Below, in pieces: positions 1 to 12,990 of a DNA stretch of 64,000 bases (its first letter is position 1; every line of letters begins with the position of its first letter). Below the pieces are notes generated by a model. The model had not been told where the DNA came from and did not search any database. It saw nothing but the letters and a program-made list of their open reading frames with translations. This stretch comes from Marsupella aquatica (taxonomy: Eukaryota > Plantae > Marchantiophyta): contig OZ316898.1 of the NCBI GenBank assembly GCA_973895155.1, forward strand, positions 5,071,079 to 5,135,078, written 5' to 3'. The translations under genes were made by a program, and so were the position numbers.

Positions 1-243
1 TCGCTTGCGTGTGAGTGTGCCATACTGACCGTTAGATGGGATTTTGGAGTATGGGAGTGCGTGCTGTACGCGGTCGCATGAGCAGATTTGCGGGGTGAAT
101 TTTCTTATGTACTCTGTATTTATTTATTTATTTATTCATTAGAAGGAGCGCGAAGGTCCATCTAGTAGCTAAGTTGTAGCTTGGATGGACCATAAATTTT
201 CGGGTTAGACCCCAATGGACCAAGCACTTTTTGACACCCTGTA
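1..243. mobile_element. Probable right end of a Tc1/mariner-type element or MITE (other end outside the window)
   Basis: Ends ...ttttgacaccctg followed by TA (242-243). The reverse complement TA-CAGGGTGTCAAAAA is the typical Tc1/mariner terminus. The partner TIR is not visible. Confidence 0.35.
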
Positions 244-540
244 GGATGCACATTTATACGAAGAAAAGTGCTGCCTGAGTAAAAATTATTGTTTCAAAGT
301 GGTCCTTGCAAGTTCAAATCCAAGCATTTGGTGGAACATGGCCTTGTAAGGAGGACTAACGTGCCAGCTTATTTTTAGGTGCCAATTTCCACCAAATTCC
401 ACCTCCCCAAAATGTGTTAGTCACTTTTAGCTAAAATTTGCTCGATTCTTTGTATACCATTGCCACTTTCCCACCAAACCAAGGACCCCATTTGCCAGAA
501 TCTAACAGTCATCCATAAATGTAAGGATATCTAACAGTCC

Positions 541-698
541 GCAAAAGATAAAACTATTTAATGTAGGTAACCACTTGGTCTACCAAATAGACAATTTGAC
601 TTGTTGCAAAAGATAAGACTAACATATTTAGGTAACGACTTGGTCTACCAAATAGACAATTAGACTTGTTGCAAAGATAAAACTATTTAATGTAGGTG
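541..698. repeat. ~65-bp tandem repeat, about 2.4 copies
   Basis: gcaaaagataaaactatttaatgtaggtaaccacttggtctaccaaatagacaatttgacttgtt recurs at 541 and 606, and partially at 671. Confidence 0.85.
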
Positions 699-2249
699 GA
701 GTAACTTATTCTTGCTCTGTTACAACTCTTTCCAACAACAAAAATTTTCAGGCAGGGAAAGAACCAAGCCCATTGAAAAGGAGGAGAGTGGGGAGAAGAG
801 GTAGGCCAGACAGAAGAACGCCACGAGAGGAAGAAGGCTATGGTAGGCTGTAAGGGCCAGAGTGACTACCAATGCTTAACAAGAGAACCAGATACACTTT
901 GGCCAGACTGCCACAGAATTGTGTTAGCAAACCCATTGCTGAGTAAAAAACCTCGGAACCATAAAATCACTATTTAATCCCTACATGTTAAATTAACGAT
1001 ATAATGTCCCCTAGCTGAACTACTGTACCTAGCTGGGGGACGCATGCTTGACAGCCCTTAACCTTGAAAACTCCGTGCATAGTTGAAGTGTCATCTCTAC
1101 GTGGACATCTCCCAAAAGCAAAAACATCACAACTCCACACTAGGTAACACAACTTACCATCCTACATCTACGTCAAAAACAAGCTAGAGTCTCACATGGC
1201 ATCATGTAGCTAATCTCTTTCTTCACCTTGACAGGTTCCTAACTTCAACTTGCTCTCCTTGCTGGGTTGATTACTCCAAATTGGAAGATTCTTGGAAGGT
1301 TTCGTACTGTAGTTGGGCCACTATGTTGACTAAAGCAGGAATAGTAGTTCAACGGGGGTTATACAAGTTGTGCAGGCCTTTGTTCTCCTCGCTTATTGGC
1401 AGAATGAATTGCGTCTTCTTGCCTCGTCTCCTCATTACTCTACAATGGAGCTCGCTTCATTACCTGGTCTCCTTCTTCTCTCTTTCCAAGGGGTAAGTTG
1501 GCAACTTTTGAACAATTTTGGAACTGTGAATTTTCTTGTCCTTTACCATGGTTTCTCTTCTCTTCTTCAGATTCCTTTTCTTATTAATCTTCCCCAATGG
1601 GTTAAATTACTTTATTGATGCCGACCTCTCCCTCTCCTTCCTTCTCTACCTCAATTGGGAAGGCAGTGCCTGCCAATGCACGTATAGGAATCCTTTCTAC
1701 TGAATTCTTCATGGAAGTGGAAGAGACAGTGATAGCTCTCACTCCACTTCTATTTTTTTGCTTTCTTCCACTCTTTTTCTTTATCCTTTCGGCAAATCCT
1801 ACATAGGAATATAGGTTTGCTTAATTTGAGCCACATAGTAGAATGCCAACTTGAATTTGTCTTCCAGAAAGAAGGTCTCTTAACTCTCCTCAATATCATT
1901 TCTTTCATTTCTTCCTTGGAGCTATTTTCTACCACTCCTCTCCTCTCTTTTAAGGATCTTGAGGAAATTCTTTGCTATGACCCTTCCTGGTGGTGGCTAC
2001 CCTGTGCTAGCTCTCTAACTAACGGCCCAAACTCTCTACTTCTAACTATTGTCTACTAGTTAGTATATCCTTCTTGCCTCTCACCTTGAGCAAAACCAAA
2101 AATTGTCACAACTATTTCTTTTCTTGATTTGAGTGATACCGAGGAATCTTCCTCTACCCCAATGATCTATCTCTGTACCAACTTGAGGAACTTCCTCTTT
2201 GTTGTGTCTGGTGACTATTATCCTTGTTCCTCTAAGTTTCTCTTCCGGT

Positions 2250-2950
2250 TTCTCTTTGGATGAGTCTTTATTTGCTTTTGGGCAACTCTTGGCTTAGGCA
2301 TGAATGCAAAAAAATTGATGATATCATATGTCTTTGTCAATGAATGTATCTTAATGTTGATGTTGAAAACCAACCTTTGAGAGAACTTTTTCAATTTTGT
2401 CTTTACCAAAATTGCATTCTTGTGAAACGGTGTTCCAGACCCCAAGTGCATCCTTGCTACTTCTTGCACTTAATATCATATCAGCACAACAACAAAGGTA
2501 GTACTTACCTTCCTTAATTTGGATGTTGATCAATAGTTTGAGCTTTGTCGGGTTACATTGGCTGAATCTCATTGAGTTATTCACTGTTCTCAATTGTTAG
2601 AGGTAAAGATATCAAATCCATTCGACTTGTTCTCAATTCATCATCAGGTTCATTGTTCTCAAATAACCTCAGGGGTGACTTTGTTATGAGCATCCCACAG
2701 TCGTTTTGGATCTTCACTATTTACTTTAACAAGAAATAGAGAGTTTGCAGGTGATTATATTTGTGATAAGCTTAGCTAAATTTGTTCTTATCCATTTGTC
2801 CACCACTTTTGCATTTGGCATCCCTTCAATAGAAAGAACACTCCTTGGAAGTGAACACTATGTCGATCATAGAATAGACTTCTTGCAGTGGTACTTTTTT
2901 ATCACAGGGTAAGCCCAGTCACCCTGATGGTGTTGTAAGATGAAAGAATG
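2250..2950 (-). pseudogene. Highly degenerate LINE (L1) ORF1-like remnant
   Basis: Minus-strand fragments such as KWWTNG/WIRTNL, PANSLFLVKVNSE and a knuckle-like FFCIHA*AKSCPK, with many stops and frameshifts in purine-rich sequence. Confidence 0.3.
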
Positions 2951-5900
2951 TAGTCTCTTATTGTGTTCCTCTTTCCCCTATCCTGCATTTCTTTATTTGA
3001 GAATGCTCTTCCTTGGTCTTGATCCTTTCCTCTTCCCACTCCAGTAGAATTTTGCCATCTTGGAAATGTATCTCCCTTCCATCCACACTTCCCAATCCTT
3101 CTAATCATGGCCTAACCAAATTCCTGTCCCTTGCTACATTCCCTACCTCCAACTGGAATCAGGCGCTCTTCCTATTCTAGCCTACAATGTACATGTACTT
3201 CCTCCTAATGTAAACACACCCCTCATTATTGTTGTTGTTAAGTTGTTGTTATTGATGATCTTACTTGGCAACAATTTTTAAAGTACTCCCAGCTTTGCCA
3301 CGTGACTCTAACTGCCATTTAATTTCTAATGGGTTTGCTCCACCAATATCTCCTGTAGCTCTGGCCACTCCTAGATTCTGACACTCCTTTTGTGAGTTTG
3401 GTTTTTGAAATTATCTTGGCCCAACACAAAGTGCATGTTAGGAGGGTGCCTTGGTATTAATGTGAATTTCCTTGTCGATGTTTCCAATTGTCAGTTCAAT
3501 TAAGACCAGCATAATAGATGTTTACAAAGTGATTGCCAATTATTTGGATAGGTCATTAAAAAAATGATTGAGGGGTATAAAAATAGAAAATTGCCAACTA
3601 GTTTGGAAGCCCCCTAGTCCTGCATGTAACAAATGTTTTGCTTGAGATTCCCAACATCGGTTGGAGTTATAAAAATTATGTGGTAAAGCAAGGGAAATAA
3701 TATATGTATTCTTGGGGTGGGGGAGACGATTAGTGTTGGATTTAGGGCAACATGTATGATAATGTGGGTGGGAGGTTAGAGAAAGGGCACATGAAATGTG
3801 GATTGGAAAGGAGGGAAGGAATTCGTGGATAAGGTCAGGTTATTGGGTGGTGTGAAAACCATGCAAGGCTCATGGCAGTTGGGCATGGAAATGATCAGAG
3901 GTAGGTTCCAGGCTGGCACATGTACATGGTCAGGAATTTAATTATTATAGAGTGAGGCAGGCAATCTTGAACTTACGTGATGTAGGGTTCATTTTGAAAG
4001 GTGGAGGGTGAAGAGAGAGCATTTTGGGAGATGGATTTTGGGAGGAGGATGACAAGTTAGAAAGGAGGATGACAAGTTAGAAGGTGCAAAGCCTGCGTTG
4101 TACATTGTGTGAGAGTTGAAAGGCAAAGAGATGGAGAGAAGAGGAGATAGGGAAGAGGGTAGGGATTGTTTTCTTTTCTCTTTGAAGACGTCCCCCCATT
4201 TTTCATTTGTATTTTGCAATGAATTTATCTGGCAGAATATTCCCCCTTCCCCTTGTTCTTGGTTCTAAATATACTATTAATAAAAAAATCTGAGGCGTGC
4301 TCCAAGCACTTTAAAGCCAGCTCATGAAGGCATTGGCCCAGATAAAGCATTTCCTCTTTTTTAATAGAGCTCAAAGGCAATAAGAGGGCGAGACTTGTTA
4401 TGTTTGTTGTGAGAGTTGAAAGGTACGGAGAGAGAGAGAAGAGGAGATAGGGTTTGCTTTTCTTTCTTTCTTTATTACAGCTCAAACGCAATAAGAGGGG
4501 AAGACTCGTTTTCTTTGCCTTTTGTGAGGAGGCAACCACATTAGGTGAAGAGATTGATGTTGTCTTTGGTCATTCTGTTGAGGAGGAAACGCACTCATAA
4601 GGGAGGGACGGAGAGATAGAGAATAGTTTACATCCACGTTGAGTCAAGGTTGGGAAGGATTGGGAAGACTAGGCGATCATGAAGTAAGAGAGTTAGTTAG
4701 GGGGGATTGATTTGAGATAGAGATAGAGAGAATTGATTTTGGGTATTTCTTTGGAGCAAGGTGAAGGGGGAACATTAGGGTCAAAGAAGAGATCGATTTT
4801 GGACATCTCAATCGTGAGGTGGGCGATTGTGCGAGGGAGAAAGGGGGGCTTCGTTGATTGATGATCATGGTGATCATTTCATCCCTAGGCTAGACAAGTT
4901 AGTAATAAGGGGAGGCCGGAGGGGGCAAGGGAGAGAGGGACATTGATTTCTGTCGTTCATTTATATCGTCACTAGGGTAAACTAGTGAGGGGACAGAGAA
5001 GTGTGTGACATTGATTGAGCTCGTGTATGTGTGCGATGTCGTGAGGGAAGGGAACAGTGTGAGGTAGAGATTGTCGATTTGGGTTGTTCCCCATTCTCTT
5101 GGGGCAAATGGGCATACATGTTGCCCAGTGAGAGGTGGTACTTTAGTATCCATACGTGATCTTGGTGGTCTTGCTTGTAACGTTGGCGTTGAGTCCTGCT
5201 TTGTTGTCTTACATGATTGCATCATTGTCCTGTTTAGCAAAACTGTAATAAGGGAAAGGAGGTGAGCTCAGATCAGATCGGACTCTACGCGACCATCGTG
5301 TTGCTTGAAGGCGAGTTGGGGTTATTACAATAGCAAGTAAGTGGTTGCTGGAGTTTTGGACTTGCCATGATTGTGGACCAAATTTTTATTTCACGTGAGC
5401 CAAAGTTTGAAAGGGAGGGAGGGAGGGATTGCATTGTCACTGGAGTGTTACGTTACGTTACTGACTCGAGAGATGTGTTAACTTGTGTCGTAAAGAGTTG
5501 GTGGTGGGTTTGGTGGGGTGGCCTATCTTTTTTGTGTTTTGGGTATGTTTTCGTCTATTCGTTCGCAACTACAATAGTAGGTTTTGAATGAAGCCTTTTT
5601 CTCGAAGCTCTGCGCAGATATCTGAGCTCTATTAATTATCTTTCTGTCTGGCTTTCAAGTCGTTCGCAACGTGGTCGACGCATTTTCTCGAGCTCCACCC
5701 AAAGAAATCTGTCGCGTGCGTTTTTCTTCTCCCTGCGGACAAGGGCTTGTCCCTGCAGAGGGAGGGAGGGAGGGACGGACGGACGGACGGACAACGCTTT
5801 TTGGAAGGGAGAGAGCCCTCATCACTTCGCTCGAGAATAACGACGAGGACGTATTATTTCTCGAGCACGGTACGTGAAAGTTGATTTTTATTATTAGCGC

Positions 5901-5989
5901 TCCGCAGCGTTTGTTTTGCACCAGACCCTCGGTGTTTGCTCCCTCTCTCCCTCCCTCGAAAAGGCCGATCCGGTACCGGTAATCACGGC

Positions 5990-6050
5990 TTCTTCTCTTC
6001 GTCCCTTCTCTTCTTCTCTTCTCTTCTCTTCTCTTCTCTTCTCTTCGTCT
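5990..6050 (+). repeat. Pyrimidine microsatellite (CTCTT)n in the likely 5' UTR of the PHD gene
   Basis: ttcttctcttctcttctcttctcttctcttctcttc. A (GGAC)n/(GGAG)n run is also present at 5761-5791. Confidence 0.8.
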
Positions 6051-6603
6051 GGACTCCGTTTCCCGTTGGTGTGCCTTCGTCCCCTCCTGGACTTCTGGTT
6101 TGGTCTAGTTTGAACCTTCTTTCCTCTTGAACCAGGTCCGCCCCCTTCATGAAAGATGCATCACCTTCCGGATCCCCGGATCCGGTAAGGAAATGCAGTG
6201 GACTGCGGCCTTACCGGGGCTCGGAAGGGAATGATCATGATTTCATTTTGTCGTCGCGGAGTCGAAGTGCGTGGAGGCATTCTTGACCCTGAGGAAAAAG
6301 TTTGCTCACTTCGGACTGACGAGCGGTGAGGCTAATCTGATGATGGTACGATTGGACACTCATCTTGGTTGGAATCGACTGGCAGGTGCAGTTGCAGGCC
6401 GGACGTCAGGATCATACTTGTAGGTTCCTAGTCTCGAATCGACCACTGTACGGGATGTAAGGGCGATCAAGAGAATTATTACTGTCTTGTCTATCGATCG
6501 TTCAACCAGGGGGATTTGATTGTACAGAATCGGTTGTTTGGGGGCGCTTCGGGGTGATGGAAATGCGCGCTGAAATAATGCATGCTCTGAGTTTTGTAGC
6601 ATC

Positions 6604-9600
6604 ATGATCTTGGGCTGTGAGGGACTGGCCGACTATCACTGTGGGCTCCATAGCTTGGAGGTTCCTGTGACTAGTGGCACCGGGCTGCAACAGTCTACGT
6701 GCTCATTTGCTGCCCATGTTGGCTCCAAGTGTGGAAGGTGGAAAGCAGAGGATTGGTGCGAGTCAGGAGCTCTGTCTTCGGACGGGACAGGGATTTTTGC
6801 TGAGAATGCTCTGGTGAACAGTCCTGACAAGAAGGAAGAGTTAATTGGCGACAGTAGTGGGTTATGCCCTGATGATAGTGAAGGCATTGCCCTCTATATC
6901 GATCTGCCATGTTCACCCTGTAAGGATTCAGCAGAGTTTGCGTGCATAAAATCCCCCGAGCAATTTTTATTAGCAGAAGGACCAAAGGGAGGCACTGCCG
7001 GGCCAGCATTGGCGACAGGCTCACATGAGCAACTCAAGATGACTAGCCCACCGGAAGTCTCTCAAAAATCCGAATCAAGGAGATCCTCAAGTTTGAGTCT
7101 TCATGTACTGAGGGCTTTGTTGAAGACCGACAATGTGCCTAGGATTAAAAGACTGCGGCAGGTAACTGCTATTGATCAGAATCCAGAAAGTGCCTCTTAC
7201 ATGCTTAAGAAACCTGAAATATTGCCGAACTTGAAAATGTCTACAACACCAGTAAAAGATGGATTGGCGGAGAGTGTACAAGGCAAAGACGTAAAGGCAG
7301 GGCTAGCTGAGTCTAATTTTATGAAGGACTCAGGTGGTGATCAACATAGAAATTGCTGTCAAGGGGAATCTCCTTGTTTGATTGTAGAAAAGACTGAATC
7401 AAAGATTCCTTTAAATCTAGGAACACACGCGTTGAGGGCTCTGATCGAGGCCGACGATGTCCAGAAATTGAAGAGGCGCCGGTTGACAACTCCTGCAGAT
7501 TTAGCTTTTGTCAAGGATTCGAAGGATGTTTTACATGGAAATTCTCCAGACTTTGTGAGTAGGCAATCCAGTGATCTCCCTCTGGCAAAGGAAACCGAAT
7601 GCTCGGAAGAGTCCTTGCCAAGCTCGGACGCAGATGGACTTCCGGTCCGTAGAACCTCAGCTCAGAGTGACATTGCACAAAGTACCATGGACAACACAGG
7701 ATCTGGGGACTCCACCTCAGACGTTGCTTCAAGTGGGCTACTCAAGGGTAAGAGTGATACTAATAGTGATTCGAGTGAATCACCATCGCATTCCCATGAC
7801 AGAGAAACTTTAGATAAGTACATGACTCGGCCTCCTAGACTTTCTTCTGGAGGTTCTATAGGTGCCTTCTGTTCAAAGAAGAAAGAATGGTTAGGTCAGC
7901 ATCATGGTGGTAATAAAGGGGAAAGCGATAGTGGACAGGATAAGAGTTTTGCTGGGAATGTGGGAAAATGTTATCGATCAGCTATCGACAAGCGCCCTGC
8001 TGCACCGCATCCCGGTTTCGTTGGTGATGGAGCGAATGTGCAACTCTGCAGGGTCTGTGGAGAAAGAGAAGACGCAACAAGCTCTCTCATTTGTGACTCT
8101 TGTGAGCAGGTTTTTCACATGGGTTGTATAAACGTTCGAATGAAAATCATTCCACGAGTTGATGAGTGGCTCTGCCGACCATGTAAGAGGAAACGGAAGA
8201 TGTGCAGAGAAAGTGAGAACCAAGGTGACTCTGATGCTGGAGAGCCTAAGGATTGGTGGCGGGAAGATTCCCGCATTGGTAGAGTTGAGAGAGAATTATT
8301 ACGTATGAGCAATGGTCGAAGGATGAAAGTGCGGCTTGGACCCAAATTCCAGGCAGATGTTCCAGAGTGGACTGGCATAGTCGATGAGGTTGACCTGGAT
8401 GACAACCTGTGAGCACTTCAACCCCAATCACTTCTTTTAATTGTCAATTGCACGAGTCGAACGAAGAGACTTATTTATGTGGGCCGACTAGACCGTAGTC
8501 ACTGAGAGCACATCTTGTGTGTTTTCCAGTGCAGAAACTTCCTACCGTTTTGGAGAGGAGATTCCTCTCACTAGCGAGGAGAAGCGACTCAAACAAGAGA
8601 CTGCACAATACAATCTAGCGAATGTACGGGCTAAGTTTTTTTCTTGTTCCTCTTACTCCACTTTGGGTTGGATATCAACTACAATGAGTCCTATTCCGTT
8701 GGTTAAACTACTAGAAAATAGCTTCGTTTTCTGTGTAAGGGTCCTGGAGCTCTCTTGTTCTTATGATGGTTGGTTGCCTCTTTTGCAGGATATATGGCCT
8801 AAAGGGTGGTTGCCTGCTATTCAGCTTCCACCAGGCTCGAAAGAAAATTGGATTCAGTGCACTCTACTTTTGTTCGAAGAAGGCGAGATGTGTCTTGACG
8901 GCTCAACTGCAGAAAAAGATATCTTCTGTGGGAAATGGAGAAGGTGTTCTTCCAAAACAGTCCTAGGAACATTCTGAAGTTTCTGAAATCTGAGATGTCT
9001 AGACTTGTGATATGTCTAGACTGTTTTGGAAACTTTCACTCTGAAGGGACGATAACAAGTTTGAGTAGGTGATAGTTCATACAGACGGTGAAATCTAGAT
9101 TCAATTCCAGCTCACATCCAGTCTACCATCGTGTATAATCAGGTCTAGCTAAGACCTTAGTGTTGAAACCTATTATCTCACATGCAAGAAGAGCCTTCCG
9201 TCGATAATTCGAATAAGTGTTGTTGTGGATTTCATTCAATGTGTTTTTTAATCTTGGAATACACTAAGGATCTCCATCCAGATATCACTCTATGCTGGGC
9301 GGGATTTGTTTGGGACTTGTTAGTTAAAGTTTGGTAGTCCGTAATTGTGTACTAGAACATTTTTGGAGGATAATACTAGCCGCAGAAGAGGTCTCATAGT
9401 TGTAAATTTGGTCATGTCGTAACTGACCGTTGAATTTGTTTGCGCTGTTGCGTGGATGCCTAATTTCAGGGCTCCTTTAGGGATAGTGCCAAATGATCAG
9501 TGGGAATGTTCCTGCGCCCTTGTCTGGGATCCTCGGCATGCAGATTGTGCCGTACCCCAGGTCAGTTACTTCGCCTGCAACTTTAGCTTTCCAGCTTGAA

Positions 9601-9919
9601 CAGAAACGTATGTCTTGAGTATAACTCCTATGCGTGGGTGTGTGAACTTCACTGTTAAACAGGTCATTTGCAGATTGGTTGTGGTGTTTACGCTTAAAAC
9701 GGAGCCTTAGGGTACTCAATTTGGTCATCCCTGAAGATCTTACCTGTAATACTTAAGTAGAAAATGCTACTACTCATTAAATTTAAGTGTAAAATCAATT
9801 TCTTTCTTTTTTAGTCATTGTCTTTCTCTTGGACTGTGCAGGAATTGCCTACAGAAGAGATCGAGGAGCGTTTGAAATCTGCAAAGCTCAATGTTAAAGA
9901 AGAGCCTGCCTTTGTTTAA
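6604..9919 (+). CDS. PHD finger / ELM2-like / CW-type zinc finger chromatin-reader protein (spliced)
   Basis: Exon 6604-8408 contains the PHD CRVCGE..LICDSCEQVFHMGC..EWLCRPC and the ELM2-like VRLGPKFQADVPEW. GT-AG exons 8530-8623, 8789-8943, 9470-9560 and 9842- join in frame to give the CW finger ENWIQC..CGKWRRAP..QWECSCALVWDPRHADCAVPQ-ELPTEEI. Stop at 9917-9919, or at ~10097 if a further intron is used. Confidence 0.85.
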
Positions 9920-12843
9920 TGTTAGTGATTTTTTCCACCATTTGAATGTGCTCAACACAATGTTATGTGAGATGGACGTGGCATTGTGGTAGCCTGGCTT
10001 TTTTGGGTCTGTTTTTACCGGGTTATTTTTAGTTCCCCCTAAATTCTGGTACGTTGGATGTTTTCTCTGTCTGCAGATGGATAATATGAATTCGTAACCA
10101 ATTTGGGAAGTGAATGCTGCAACGAAAGGACCAAAAGGGAGACCTGTTCTTTTTAATCCTACAGTAGCTGTCAGCCTTCCTTAGGTAAAGCTAACCTACT
10201 TCCCTTGCTGTTTCAGAGGTGCTCGGATTCACAGGTTGCTTTGAGTAAGTTTGAGATTCTCTAATGGGCTGCTCTCATGCATGAACAGCTAAATAAGCTG
10301 TCTTCCAAACATGTGGATGTAGGTTTATCGCAATCGTCGTCATTATGGCTGAGGTTATCCCAACCAATTTAAACCGAAGTCATGGTTTAGAATGAAGGCT
10401 TGTGGATGGATCCATGGGGAACTAGTCTTTGTCCAAGTTTTGGCAAAGACAGCTTTGCACATGATTTCACTGAATTGTTGTTGTACTGAAGATGTGGAGA
10501 TTTATAAGTGGTAGAGGTTTGGTTCCGAACTAAAGCAGCTGTTGTACTTCAAAGTCAGTTACGCCCTGTGTTGAAAACAGTAGGTTCCGTGAGCAATTGC
10601 AACTTTGTAGTTTGAAGGCGTGAAGGGGTGAATTTAAAGGCATCTCATACAGTACTTGACAGATTCTCTAATCAAAGCACAATGAAGCTGTGATTGTTTC
10701 ATCCCTGACGTTTAACTGCAGGTGGAACATCTAGTGGAGTGATTAAGGGATTTCATTGTGATTTTTTCCGACCAGGACCGTAAGGATGTTGCTGTCGGCC
10801 AAGTCGATAGTCTCAATTAATTCCACTTTCAGGAATCCAAGTAAGTGTGGAGTCCAAGTCGTTGATAGCATCCAAGCTGCTAACTGGTTATAGTTCTGTC
10901 TACATTGGGCTGTGCATCTGAATGTGCAAGTCGGCATTAGTGTTTTTCACCTACCCTGGCCCTGTGCGACATGACAACAAAGCCTAGGGTATTAAACTCT
11001 AACCACGTACAAGGAGTATGAGTAAATTCATTTGAATCCAACCCAGAAGACAAAGTTTCTCAGTTGATGAGCATTAATTCACCCAGTTGACCAGCACACG
11101 CTGTATGAGATGGCCAAGTTACTCCCTCGAATGAACTTGAGGAAGAATTTGACAGACAATATTTTAATGGAAGGCTTCAGCTGAGATCTTCTCTTGGGCA
11201 AGTAGTGATCAAAGTGTGTCCATTATTGACTACAATGAACCCTTCACGTCGCAATCCTAACACATGATTAGGAGAAACAATCGAAGGATGGGTTTGTTAG
11301 CCATTCAAGGCCTTGATGTGCATTTAACAAGGTCATCCCACGAAAATTCTCCAATTAAGGAAATAAAGTACTACTTGAGTCCATAGGGCTCTAGTACAAC
11401 AAAGAGTAGTCTAGGGCAGATTGAAAGTTTATTACCAACCCTTAGAGATCCATTGGCCGGACATCCACAGTGCACAGAAAGGCTTAACTATACATCAAGC
11501 CCACAGACCCTTCTGTCTTTAATCATTCACTGGCCATGACTGATTTAAGCTCACGGTAGGTTCTGCAAATGATACTAAAACAATCCAGTCCTCATGTGTG
11601 CTGGGAAGACGTGAATCAGCAACAAGTACGAGGTTTGGGCTGAACTGTAAGCTAAGAAAGCATTTCCGTCTCCAATGAAGTGCCCATGAAACTGAATGCA
11701 TTCGATCCTGATTTGGAAGATAGTCCAAAGTTCTCCAAAAATAACTCCATATTGACTTGGAGAAAAGCACTGTCATCCACCCCTGGTGAGTCTCTGTAAA
11801 TTGTATCTTTTTATGTTCATAAATCTGGAATTCCAAGGCAAAACGAAAGGACACTACTAGTGGAGAAACAAGTTACGGTGTCTTTCCACATTTCTATTTT
11901 GCAAAGGGGGGTTCTGCATCAGAATTGTTCTGGGGCTTGACCTGTACAGGTCCTCTGTCTTACAATCTGAGAAAAACCCTCAGATTTCATTTTTAACTTG
12001 AAAGGCACATTCATCATAAGCCCAGAACTATAATGTGAATACAATTGATGTAGTGAGTGCAATTTTAAGTCAAAACTAAGAGAGAAATGGACTTTGTGTC
12101 TACAAGTCATGGCCAAATCAAAGAGGCAGTGAACGTGTGATTCTCGCATTCACTAATTACTCCACATCTAAAACTGGCGCTCTCACTACTTTTGATCTTG
12201 CAAGCTCCTTGTTGTGGCTGCCAAGCTACTCGTCAATGAGTTTTGCTGGTTTTGATTCAAAGACGCATAATCTTGTTTGTTTATTACATTGTCTTGTTTG
12301 CTTATTACGGCAATTATATACACTCATGTTTGCGACTGAAAATGTTGACATGAGTGCATGTGGTGCCAGAAAATTTGTTCACTGACCAAAATCTAGTCAC
12401 TTGTAGCGGCAATTAAGATAATCAATTGCAGGCAAAACGTCAGTTTAGTATTGTGATGGGGGCCCAAAAATGGCCCCAAGCATTAGTGTCCACCTTATTG
12501 TCAAAACCTATGGCCCAACTTGCATGGGGCAGTCCTAAAGAATGCAGCCCTTAGCAGCAAAACCCTCAGCCAAAAGCAGATTTGGAGTGACAACATTATC
12601 TGCTGCCCTGCAATGTCTGCTTGGGTTTTATTATGAAATCATAGGTGGGGACCTCAATAGTTGGAAAGTTTCCAGGCCTTGCCCTTGGGATTCCAAAAAT
12701 ATTGCAGTCAGGCCTAGCACAGGAGGGGGTTTAGGCATGTAACTCTCGTTCACTCACATGTTATCATCTGTGAAGTTGAGTCCCACATTTTTCAGGACAT
12801 TGAATGCGAGTTGGGCCGAGTTCAGCCTTATTAATGTCACAAT

Positions 12844-12990
12844 TGTTAAGAGAGAATGAATCGAGAATGAACCAGATACCGATTAGGAGTCATGGTTCTG
12901 CTTTATATATGTGTGTACAGGTATGGTTAAGGTATAACCATGCATGGTATAGTGACTCTATTCTAGTCTGGGGCTAGATGACTCATAACA
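12844..12990 (-). repeat. 3' LTR of the Copia element (147 bp)
   Basis: tgttaagagagaatgaatcg...gatgactcataaca, directly next to the PPT. Confidence 0.92.

Noticed and set aside
10740-12400. Short minus-strand ORFs suggesting a decayed gene or transposon
   Set aside because: No recognisable motif could be assigned.
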